Shown: positions 10,046 through 19,400 of the stretch, one piece after another
Numbering within the stretch: position 1 is the stretch's first letter
Layout of the letters: every line of letters begins with the position of its first letter
Source: Bacilli bacterium
GTDB lineage: Bacteria; Bacillota_I; Bacilli_A; RF39; UBA660
DNA: 60,914 nt
Reading direction: 5' to 3'
Assembly (NCBI GenBank): GCA_017477845.1
Contig: JAFUTR010000009.1
Location: 1 to 60,914 of the forward strand
Notes under the pieces: generated by a model
What the model saw: only the letters and a program-made list of their open reading frames with translations
The model's database searches: none
What the model was told of the DNA's origin: nothing
Made by a program: the position numbers and the translations under genes

Positions 10046-10876
10046 CTATTTTTTTGCATCATAATCGTCTAAAAAACTTTTATATACTCCATCTTTTTTA
10101 GTTCCTAATATGCAATTTAGATTAACGTTATCTGCTGCTTTAAATATATTATTATCAACATTATTATTTACTTCTTTCATCTGTTTAATAAAAGCTTTAA
10201 TTTCTTTTCTTTTGCTTAGTGATTCATCTTTGAATGATTTTTCTGTATATTTACATGCACAATTCAAGAAAGTAAGGTTATTAAAGTTCTTCCAACTAAT
10301 TATTGATGCTTCTTTTACTAGATAAAGTGGTCTTATAAGTTCTAATCCTTCAAAATTCTCACTGTGCAGTTTAGGCATCATTGTTTTAAATTCTGAACCA
10401 TAAAACATTGATAAAAGAGTTGTTTCTATAACATCATCAAAGTGATGTCCTAATGCAATTTTATTACATCCTAATTCTTTTGCCTTATTATAAAGATACC
10501 CTCTTCTCATTCTAGCACACATATAACACATTGTTTTAATATCAAATGTTCCGGCTGCTTCAAAAATATTACTTTCAAACATTTCTATAGGGATATTTAA
10601 TGTTTTCGCATTTTCTATAATTAACTCTTCATTTTTCTTACTGTATCCAGGATTCATAACAACATATTTAGCATCAAAATGAACTTTTCCATGTTTTTTT
10701 AACTCTTGTATACATTTTGCTAGTAAAAAAGAATCTTTTCCACCTGAGATGCAGACCATTACTTTATCATTTTCATTAATTAATTGATAATCAATTACTC
10801 CTTTTACAAATTTGCTCCAAATATCTTTACGATATTTTTTTATTATACTTTTTTCGATTTCTTGATATCTTTCCAT
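10046..10876 (-). CDS. PP-loop ATPase, TtcA-like tRNA thiolation enzyme
   Basis: SGGKDS PP-loop (CISGGKDS) plus Cys motifs CYMCARMRRG and CACK. Confidence 0.7.
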   Translation of the reverse strand: MERYQEIEKSIIKKYRKDIWSKFVKGVIDYQLINENDKVMVCISGGKDSFLLAKCIQELKKHGKVHFDAKYVVMNPGYSKKNEELIIENAKTLNIPIEMFESNIFEAAGTFDIKTMCYMCARMRRGYLYNKAKELGCNKIALGHHFDDVIETTLLSMFYGSEFKTMMPKLHSENFEGLELIRPLYLVKEASIISWKNFNNLTFLNCACKYTEKSFKDESLSKRKEIKAFIKQMKEVNNNVDNNIFKAADNVNLNCILGTKKDGVYKSFLDDYDAKK

Positions 10877-10886
10877 AAATACCCCA

Positions 10887-13058
10887 CTATCTTAATCTTA
10901 AAGAATTGAAAACCACTATTAAGCTGCTTAGTGTCATAAAGATACTTCCATACATTGGAGAAAATGATATTCCAACTCCTTTTAATAATCCAAGTGCAAT
11001 TGGGATCATCAAAATATTATAGAAGAATGCCCAAAATAAGTTTTCCTTAATTATTTTAACTGTTTTTTTACTTATTTCAATAAGTTTTATTATTTTTTTC
11101 AAATCATTATTTACAAGTATTACGCTAGAAGTGTCTATTGCAATATCTGTTCCACTTTTTACACTTACTCCGATATCTGATGCTTCAAGACTTGGAGCAT
11201 CATTAATACCGTCACCAACCATTAAAACTCGTGAATTTTTCATTTCTTTTTTTACAATTTTTTCTTTTTCTTTTGGTAAAACACTAGAAATAACATTATC
11301 AATTCCAAGTGATGCTGCTACATGATTTGCAACATTTTTATTGTCTCCAGTTAACATAATAACTTTTTTATTTTGTCTTCTTAATTCTTTAATTACAACT
11401 TTTGCTTCTTTTCTTATTATATCTTTAACTCCTATCAATGCAGTTACTTTTTTATCAATAATTACATAGATAACACTGTTTAAATTGTTTGATAATTCTT
11501 CTTCATCTTTTTGATATTCATTTTTAATATTTACAATATCAAATAGTTTATTATTTCCAACATATACTTCTTTATCACTAATTATTCCAAATAGACCTAT
11601 TCCATCTAGTGACTTAAATTCATCTACTAAATAGTTAGTCTTTATTTCTTTAAATGCTCCTGCAATTGGATGAGATGAAAGTTTTTCAAGTGATGTAACT
11701 ACTTTTAATATTTCATCATCAGTTTCTTTTGAGTAATTATATATCTTTGATATTTTTAGAGTTCCATATGTAAGAGTTCCTGTTTTGTCAAATATTACAG
11801 TATCTATTTTACTAGCATTTTCAAGTATTTCGCTTGATTTTACAAGGATTCCATTTTTGGCACATTTTCCTTCACTTACAACAATAGCAAGTGGTGTTGC
11901 AAGGCCTAAAGCACATGGACATGCGACTGTTAGGACTGTTACAAATGTTATAACAGCACTATTTATTGGTGATATAAAAATATTAATTAATAACGAAACT
12001 AAGGCAACTATAAATATAAATGGTACAAAGTATGAACTTGCTATATCTGCAAGACGCGCAATAGGAGCTTTCGTTCCGCTTGCTTCAACTACTAATCTAA
12101 CTATTTCAGAAATAGTTGAATCTTTACCAATTCTTTCTGCTTTATAGAGTACATATCCATCTATATTTATACTTCCTGCTACTACTTTAGAATTAACTTC
12201 TTTTTTAGATGGTGTACTCTCACCTGTTATAAAACTTTCATCAACGTGAGTACTTCCTTTTATAATTATCCCATCTACTGCAAATTTTTGACCTTTTTTG
12301 CAAACTAAAATATCATCTTTTTTTACTTCGTCAATTCCAACCTCTCTTATCTCATCACCTAACTTTAAATAAGCTTTTTCTGGTGTTATTTGTACCAATT
12401 CTTTTATGGCTTCTTTTGTTTTTTCTTTTGAATTTTTATCTATTACTCTTCCAAGTTTAATAAAGTAAATAATCATTGCACATGAATCAAAATATAAATA
12501 TTTTACTAAATCATTATTGTCATTTATTATAAGAATCATATTAATTGTGCTATAAATGAAGCTTGATAATACTCCAACTGATACTAGTGAATCCATATTA
12601 GGCATTCTATAATAAATATTCTTTAAGCCATTTTTTAATATATCTCTTCCATAAATTAAAAATAAAACTGTTATTATAAAAAGTGATACTGAATAATTAA
12701 TTGGATACTTATTCATATCTAAAAATGAAATAGTTTTAAGTCTAAGCATATGCCCCATTGATAAATACATCAAAATAATTAAAAGGATAAGATAAATAAT
12801 CAATAAATATTTATTTTTATTCTTGTTTTCTTCATCATCTATTTTAAATTCTCCTAAGCTTTTAAATCCTTTTTCACTTACAAAAGAATTTAAATCATCG
12901 ATAGTTAATTTTTTCTCATCGTACTCTATACTTGCTTCAGCCATTACTAAGTTTACAGTTGCACATTTAATACCATCTTTTTTATTTAAATGTTTCTCTA
13001 GCCCACTTGAACAAGCACTGCAACTCATTCCATCTATCTTTAAATTTATTTTTTTCAT
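10887..13058 (-). CDS. copA: copper-translocating P1B-type ATPase
   Basis: HMA domain GMSCSACSS, CPC motif ACPCALGLATP, DKTGTLT phosphorylation site, GDGINDAP hinge. Confidence 0.93.
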   Translation of the reverse strand: MKKINLKIDGMSCSACSSGLEKHLNKKDGIKCATVNLVMAEASIEYDEKKLTIDDLNSFVSEKGFKSLGEFKIDDEENKNKNKYLLIIYLILLIILMYLSMGHMLRLKTISFLDMNKYPINYSVSLFIITVLFLIYGRDILKNGLKNIYYRMPNMDSLVSVGVLSSFIYSTINMILIINDNNDLVKYLYFDSCAMIIYFIKLGRVIDKNSKEKTKEAIKELVQITPEKAYLKLGDEIREVGIDEVKKDDILVCKKGQKFAVDGIIIKGSTHVDESFITGESTPSKKEVNSKVVAGSINIDGYVLYKAERIGKDSTISEIVRLVVEASGTKAPIARLADIASSYFVPFIFIVALVSLLINIFISPINSAVITFVTVLTVACPCALGLATPLAIVVSEGKCAKNGILVKSSEILENASKIDTVIFDKTGTLTYGTLKISKIYNYSKETDDEILKVVTSLEKLSSHPIAGAFKEIKTNYLVDEFKSLDGIGLFGIISDKEVYVGNNKLFDIVNIKNEYQKDEEELSNNLNSVIYVIIDKKVTALIGVKDIIRKEAKVVIKELRRQNKKVIMLTGDNKNVANHVAASLGIDNVISSVLPKEKEKIVKKEMKNSRVLMVGDGINDAPSLEASDIGVSVKSGTDIAIDTSSVILVNNDLKKIIKLIEISKKTVKIIKENLFWAFFYNILMIPIALGLLKGVGISFSPMYGSIFMTLSSLIVVFNSLRLR

Positions 13059-13065
13059 AATTCTC

Positions 13066-13902
13066 CTATTGTTTTATTATTATTTCTTTTCCATCTGAAT
13101 AAACATTTATCTTTCCATTTCTTGTTAGATAATATTTTATTTTATTATTTTTTAGTATATCAATTGTTTCATCACTTTCTTTTTCTTTGTTACTGCATGT
13201 TATAACTGCATAGCTTGGTTTAGTTATATTTACTAAGTTTTCAAATTGTTTTAGATAGTTTCCATGATATGGTACTTTTAAAAAATTATATGTGTTGTGA
13301 TATTCATCTAGGTAGTCTTTAATTCTATTATTTTCAGCATCTCCCATAAATAAGAAACTAGTATCATTATAAATAAGCGATGTTATAAGTGATGAATTAT
13401 TACTTTCATTAGAGTCATATATCTTATTTGGACCATTAACGGTTATTTTCATTTCTCTTAAATCTATTTCATAATCATTAGAAACTGTTATAGGAGTTAT
13501 ATTTTTATTATTTAATGCTTCTATATAATTATTATAATATGTGCTATCTTTGGGACTATTACTTTGTAAAACATTATCTACTTCAATATTGTTAATTATA
13601 TGTGATGCACTTCCTACATGATCTTTATCAAAATGAGTTATTATTAAATAATCAAGTCTCTTTATATTATTGTTTTTAAAATAGCTAAGAATATCGTCTT
13701 TAAGACTTTCTTCTCCAGTATCAATCATTATGTATTTATCATCTTTTGATACTAGAATTGCATCTGCTTTTCCTGCATCAAAAAAATATATTTTTAAAGC
13801 ATATTCTTTTTTATTTTTTAAATAAAAATATCCTATTATTAATAATAATATTAGTAATAATATAGAAATTATTATTATCAAACTTTCTTTTTCTATTTTC
13901 AT
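13066..13902 (-). CDS. membrane-anchored MBL-fold hydrolase (ComEC C-terminal-domain-like)
   Basis: N-terminal TM helix. Metallo-beta-lactamase motif ITHFDKDHVG and downstream VPYHG. Confidence 0.65.
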   Translation of the reverse strand: MKIEKESLIIIISILLLILLLIIGYFYLKNKKEYALKIYFFDAGKADAILVSKDDKYIMIDTGEESLKDDILSYFKNNNIKRLDYLIITHFDKDHVGSASHIINNIEVDNVLQSNSPKDSTYYNNYIEALNNKNITPITVSNDYEIDLREMKITVNGPNKIYDSNESNNSSLITSLIYNDTSFLFMGDAENNRIKDYLDEYHNTYNFLKVPYHGNYLKQFENLVNITKPSYAVITCSNKEKESDETIDILKNNKIKYYLTRNGKINVYSDGKEIIIKQ

Positions 13903-13940
13903 TTTTGCCTCCTTTTTAATTATAACATAAAAGGAAAAAA

Positions 13941-13959
13941 TCCTAGATTAATTCTAGGA
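13941..13959 (-). terminator. intrinsic terminator after the 132-aa ORF
   Basis: Minus strand: TCCTAGAATTAATCTAGGA followed by TTTTTTCC, immediately after the stop codon. Confidence 0.7.
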
Positions 13960-14358
13960 CTAATTAGCAAGTTTATATTCTATTTTATTATTGAAAAGAT
14001 CTGTGTAATCATCCATTATAGAAAGAGTGTTCATGTTCCCTACTTTTTCTACATAATTAAATGAATAATCATTTTTTATATCATCTTTGTATTTTACAAA
14101 ATACCATTTTTCATAAGAGGAATCAGTAATAACTGGCATTTTTTTAAATCCAAAGTATTCATATAATATATCAAAAACTATTTTTTTTATTATTGAGTCT
14201 TTTTTTAAATCATCAATAAACTCTTCAAATGTACAATCTATATCAAATATTTCTTTAAATTTTTCTTTCATGTTTACTGTTAATACAATTGAAATGAATT
14301 TATTTTTTACTGAAGGATACAAGTATAATCCTTTTAATACTTTATCAAAATTATTCAT
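13960..14358 (-). CDS. hypothetical protein (132 aa), second gene of the WYL-linked module
   Basis: ATG lies 2 nt after the stop of the 190-aa ORF, with AAAGGAAG RBS inside the upstream coding end. No family recognised. Confidence 0.55.
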   Translation of the reverse strand: MNNFDKVLKGLYLYPSVKNKFISIVLTVNMKEKFKEIFDIDCTFEEFIDDLKKDSIIKKIVFDILYEYFGFKKMPVITDSSYEKWYFVKYKDDIKNDYSFNYVEKVGNMNTLSIMDDYTDLFNNKIEYKLAN

Positions 14359-14360
14359 AG

Positions 14361-14933
14361 TTATGCTATCTTCCTTTCTATTTTCTTTACGAAATTATAA
14401 ACATATTTTTTTATTCCATTTTTTATGATGTATATTCCATTGTTATCTTTATCTAAATCATCTACTCTTGTATGAAATATGATATCGTTATCTATGGTTT
14501 TATAAGTCTCATTATTTAAACTTTTTATTTGTTTATTAGATTTATTCTTGTTTTCCATCTCTTCAATATATCTATTTAAATCTAATAAAGCTTCTTCATA
14601 TTTGCTATCCATATCATAATAAGAATTATCGCTATTCTCATAATCATAAAATTCTATATGATTTCTACTTATTGAAAGACTTCTTTTTCTTGTAATAATT
14701 AGATGTGAAATTCTAAAATTGCAATCTTTAAATATAGCTTTTAAATCATCAATTTTGTATGATAATAATTTATCTTTATAATATTTAAAGAAATTATTTA
14801 CCATATTGTTATCTGATAGTATTTCTCCATCTTTTACTTCAAGCATTCTTTCATCGGTATAAAAGTTTCCCCCAAAATAGTTATTTAATTTGTAAGTGTT
14901 TTTTACTTCCATGTAATAATCAATCTTTTTCAT
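14361..14933 (-). CDS. hypothetical protein (190 aa), first gene of the WYL-linked module
   Basis: TAGGAGGA RBS. No TM helix or known motif. Confidence 0.55.
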   Translation of the reverse strand: MKKIDYYMEVKNTYKLNNYFGGNFYTDERMLEVKDGEILSDNNMVNNFFKYYKDKLLSYKIDDLKAIFKDCNFRISHLIITRKRSLSISRNHIEFYDYENSDNSYYDMDSKYEEALLDLNRYIEEMENKNKSNKQIKSLNNETYKTIDNDIIFHTRVDDLDKDNNGIYIIKNGIKKYVYNFVKKIERKIA

Positions 14934-14991
14934 AATATCCTCCTATCATTTAAAAACCATTATACTTATTTTATTTTTATAAACAATATAA

Positions 14992-15006
14992 CTGGTCACA
15001 GAATGT
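14992..15006. promoter_or_regulatory. candidate operator copy 1 (TGGTCACAGAATGTA)
   Basis: 14/15 identical to 16299-16313. Lies between the WYL-gene terminator and the 190-aa ORF. Confidence 0.45.
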
Positions 15007-15067
15007 AAGTTGACAAAATTTTGACAAAAAATCGCAAAAAAAACATTACTCAAAATTAGTAATGCTT

Positions 15068-16051
15068 TTATGTGTTTTTTAAATAATTTTTTATTATTTT
15101 TTCGATTTCTCTTTTAAGTGAAATAGGACTAATTACTTTTACCATGTCTAAATTTCTAAGTACATATCTTTTAAAACCTTCCATGTCTTTATTTACTTTT
15201 AGGCTAAAATGGTCTTTATCAACAAATCTAATTGTGGATGTTTCTCCAAATAAATCTATTACATTATCCAAAAGTTTCATATCACATATAACTTCTATTA
15301 TTTCACCAGTTGATCCAAACATTGATACAGTTGATTTGACAAAATCATCAACATCTTTTGAAGTTATTTTATCATTAACTTTTTCTTTAGTAATATTAAT
15401 GTTTTTCATTCTATCAATTCTATATGTATATAGATTTTTCTTTCCATCTTTTAGTCCTACTACATACATCTCTTGTAACTGATATACAATTGCGTATGGA
15501 GATATTGTTCTTTCTCCAGTGTTCACATTCTTTAGAAGTGGATTTAATTCATATTTATAATAGTCAAATTTTATTTTCTTTTTGTTATATATTGCTTCTG
15601 TAATATCTTCAATATTTTTAACTATTTCTATATTTTTTGACTTATTGCTATCTGAGTATACCCTGTAATCTTTAAGTTTTTCATTTTCATAAACATTTTG
15701 CATATTTTTACATTTACTAATAATTTCTTTTGAAATTGATTCAGGAATAAAAGTTGAATAAGAAAAAGTATCTATAATGGCTCTTAATTCTCCACTTTCA
15801 AAATCCATATCAGGATTTTTCAAAAGATAATATCCTGTTCTATTATCATTCCATGTTTCAATATCATAATCTAATTTTTCTTTTAATAAATTAATATTTC
15901 TTCTAATAGTTCTTGGATCAATTTCTACATCATACAGTTCTTTAACATAATTTTTAATATCACTTATTTTTAATAAATGATCCACATTTGAATATTTTTT
16001 TAATACATTTAAAATATATAAAATGTTACCATTTTGTTCATAAAGTTCCAT
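15068..16051 (-). CDS. WYL-domain transcriptional regulator (HTH-WYL-C-terminal extension)
   Basis: N-terminal winged-HTH-like region, central WYL-type block ISPYAIVYQLQEMYVVGLKDGKKNLYTYRIDRM, and a C-terminal domain. Confidence 0.7.
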   Translation of the reverse strand: MELYEQNGNILYILNVLKKYSNVDHLLKISDIKNYVKELYDVEIDPRTIRRNINLLKEKLDYDIETWNDNRTGYYLLKNPDMDFESGELRAIIDTFSYSTFIPESISKEIISKCKNMQNVYENEKLKDYRVYSDSNKSKNIEIVKNIEDITEAIYNKKKIKFDYYKYELNPLLKNVNTGERTISPYAIVYQLQEMYVVGLKDGKKNLYTYRIDRMKNINITKEKVNDKITSKDVDDFVKSTVSMFGSTGEIIEVICDMKLLDNVIDLFGETSTIRFVDKDHFSLKVNKDMEGFKRYVLRNLDMVKVISPISLKREIEKIIKNYLKNT

Positions 16052-16059
16052 ATAAACTC

Positions 16060-16236
16060 CTACTCATATAAAAAATCAAATTTACTTCTTTTTACTCTTT
16101 TGAAATACTTTTTTAAACTTGTAATAAAATCAATTGCTTTTAAATAATCAGTACTATTTAATTCACTTAAATCAACAGATGTATTCTTTTTTCTTTTTGT
16201 AACCATCAATATTTCCTCATAACTTTTTAATATCAT
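16060..16236 (-). CDS. small hypothetical protein (58 aa) upstream of the WYL regulator
   Basis: AAGGAGG RBS 8 nt before the ATG of MILKSYEE. That start is preferred over the ORF-track start at 16305. The stop is 8 nt before the WYL gene ATG. Confidence 0.45.
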   Translation of the reverse strand: MILKSYEEILMVTKRKKNTSVDLSELNSTDYLKAIDFITSLKKYFKRVKRSKFDFLYE

Positions 16237-16298
16237 AATATAATCCTCCTTAATGATAAAAGTATTATAAATAATTAAAAAAAGAGAAACAATTCTAT

Positions 16299-16313
16299 TG
16301 GTCACACAATGTA
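16299..16313. promoter_or_regulatory. candidate operator copy 2 (TGGTCACACAATGTA)
   Basis: On the minus strand it directly follows an extended -10 (TGTTATAAT) upstream of the 58-aa/WYL operon. Confidence 0.45.
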
Positions 16314-16406
16314 TTATAACACATTAATAGTTCTAGTAAAATACTAGAACTTACATTATTTTACATTAATATTAATTCAAAGAAAAATAGGAAGAAAAAT
16401 TTCTTC

Positions 16407-19400
16407 CTATTGTAATAAAGATCCTTTAACTACATTAGAGTTACTAGACTTTGTTGCAATTATATAATCGATATTTGTTGTAGTGCTAGAGTAATTAACT
16501 GTTATTAATGCACTAGAGTCTGTTGCTGCATTATTAAATGCACCAGTATATGTTGTCGGATTACTATATATAGAAAGAGTTGCTTTTGCTTTTTTAGAAT
16601 ATGTAAACATATTAGTAATACTTGCATCATACACCTTTAATGTACCAATGCTATTAAACGTTGTAGCATTAGATCCTGCATAATAAAACATTTGATTCAT
16701 TGTTGTTACTTTTGATGTGTCCCAATTACTTAAATCTCCGATGTTCCATGTTGAAGCACTTCGCCCTGCATCTTGAAACATAGATGTCATATTTGTTACG
16801 TTTGATGTGTCCCAATTGCTTAAATTTCCAATACTCCATGTTGTGCTACTATATCCTGTAAGAGTGAACATACCATACATATTTGTTACACTTGATGTGT
16901 CCCAATTACTTAAATCTCCTATACTCCATGTTGAAGCACTTCGCCCTGCAGAAGAAAACATATTTTCCATACTTGTTACACTTGATGTGTCCCAATCACT
17001 TAAATCTAAAATAAATGTTGAAGCACTATAGCCTGCATCAACAAACATTTGATTCATTGCTGTTACACTTGAGGTATCCCAATTACTTAAATCTCCGATG
17101 TTCCATGTTGAAGCACTATAACCTGCTCTATTAAACATATTATCCATTGTTATTACACTTGAGGTATCCCAATTACCTATATCTAAATTGAATGTTGTGG
17201 AGTTATAGCCTGCAGATGAAAACATAGATGACATATCTGTTACATTTGATGTATCCCAATTACTTAAATCTCCTATACTCCATGTTGTGGCACTATAGCC
17301 TGCTTGTCTAAACATAGTTTCCATATTTGTTACCCTCGAGGTGTTCCAACTGCTTAAATCTAAACCAAATGTTGAAATGCTATAACCTGCTCGAAAAAAC
17401 ATAGATGACATATTTGTTACATTTGATGTGTTCCAATTACTTATATTTCCTATATTCCATGTTGTGGCACTATAACCTGCAGCATTAAGCATAGATTGCA
17501 TATTTGTTACATTTGATACATCCCATGAACTTAAATCTAAATAAAATGTTGAAGCTTTATATCCTGCTAAAGAAAACATAGATTCCATTGTTGTTACACT
17601 TGATGTGTCCCAATTACTTAAATCTCCGATGCTCCATGATGTGGCACTATAGCCTGCTCGATTAAACATACCATACATATTTGTTACACTTGATGTGTCC
17701 CAATTACTTAAATTTCCTATACTCCATGTTGTGGCACTTCGTCCTGCCTCAGAAAACATACTATGCATATATTTTACATTTGAGGTATCCCAATTACTTA
17801 TATTTCCTATACTCCATGTTGTAGCACTATAGCCTGCATCAGAAAACATAGCATGCATAATTGTAACACTTGAAGTATCCCAATTACTTATATTTCCGAT
17901 ACTCCATGTTGTAGCACTATAGCCTGCGCCAGAAAACATATTTTCCATTGTTGTTACACTTGATGTGTCCCAATTACTTAAATCTCCGATGCTCCATGAT
18001 GTGGCACTATAGCCTGCTCGATTAAACATACCATACATATTTGTTACACTTGATGTGTCCCAATCACTTAAATCTATATTAAATGTTGTCGCACTTCGTC
18101 CTGCATTATAAAACATAACAGGCATATTTGTTACACTTGATGTGTCCCAATTACTTAAATTTCCTATACCCCATGTTGTGGCACTTCGTCCTGCAGAAGT
18201 AAACATTTGATTCATTGTTGTTACACTTGATGTGTCCCAATCACTTAAATCTAAATTAAATGTTGTGGCATTATAACCTGCATAAGAAAACATAGATTCC
18301 ATATTTGTTACACTTGAGGTGTTCCAAGTATTTATATCTAAATTAAATGTTTGGGATTTGTACCCTGCATAAGAAAACATAAATGCCATATTTGTTACAT
18401 TTGATGTATCCCAATCACTTAAATCTCCAATACTCCATGTTGTTGCACTGTACCCTGTATTATTAAACATTTTTTGCATATCTTTGACTTTTGATGTATT
18501 AAAATTATTTAATCCAGTTATATTAAATGAAGCTGCATTATATCCAGTATTATAAAACATATATTTCATATTTCCTACTAATGATGTAATATAATTCGAT
18601 AAATCTATTGTAGTTACATTTTTAAAATTGGAAAACGCATAGCTACTATTTGGATTTGCTATTACTCCTCCATCTTGTCCTATATATAATTCATATTTTC
18701 CGTTTGAATCATCATCTTTATACCATGCCATTACACTTCCATTTTGTGTCTCTGATACATCCCACGAATCTATTGCATTACTTGGTACTGTTTTATTATT
18801 TACAGTAGTTATTGATTCAAAAATATCTCTTGATATTGCCTTTCCAAAAGTTGAACCAATTCCACCGTTATGTTTCATAAGTGTGTTTGTAGTTACTGGT
18901 AAATCTACCACATATGGATTTGTCATAGATCCATCACCAGTGATATATTCTATTCCTTCTATTAATGATATTACTGGTCTTATACTATTAGTAATATGGG
19001 ATGTACTAATAATACCACCTGATAAAATTGTATTAAAGAATAGTGAGGAATCGTTATAATTAGGTGATATAGTATAATAAGTATTTGTATTTTTTCTTAC
19101 ATTATTGTTATTTAACAGGTTCATTTCTGGTGCTGATATTAGTCCTACTTTATAAGTAAGCTTAGCACTATTATTGGATGCACTAAATTTATCAGTTATA
19201 TTTGTACAAATTAAATCACCTGTCGGTATATTTTCTTTAAATATTAAATTATTACTAATAGTTGTTGATCCTCCGTTTGGATTCCAGTTTTCTCCAACTG
19301 TTGTTACTGTTCTATCATTACAATATATTGTATCATCAATATATGTATTATATCCTGCAAGTAGCTTATCTTGATACCATTCGTCTATTTTTCCTTTTAT

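Noticed and set aside
16560-18610. Regular 90-bp periodicity that could suggest a CRISPR-like or satellite array.
   Set aside because: The repeats are contiguous with no unique spacers, lie in one long open reading frame, and encode the 30-aa WDTSxVTxMxxMF protein repeat.
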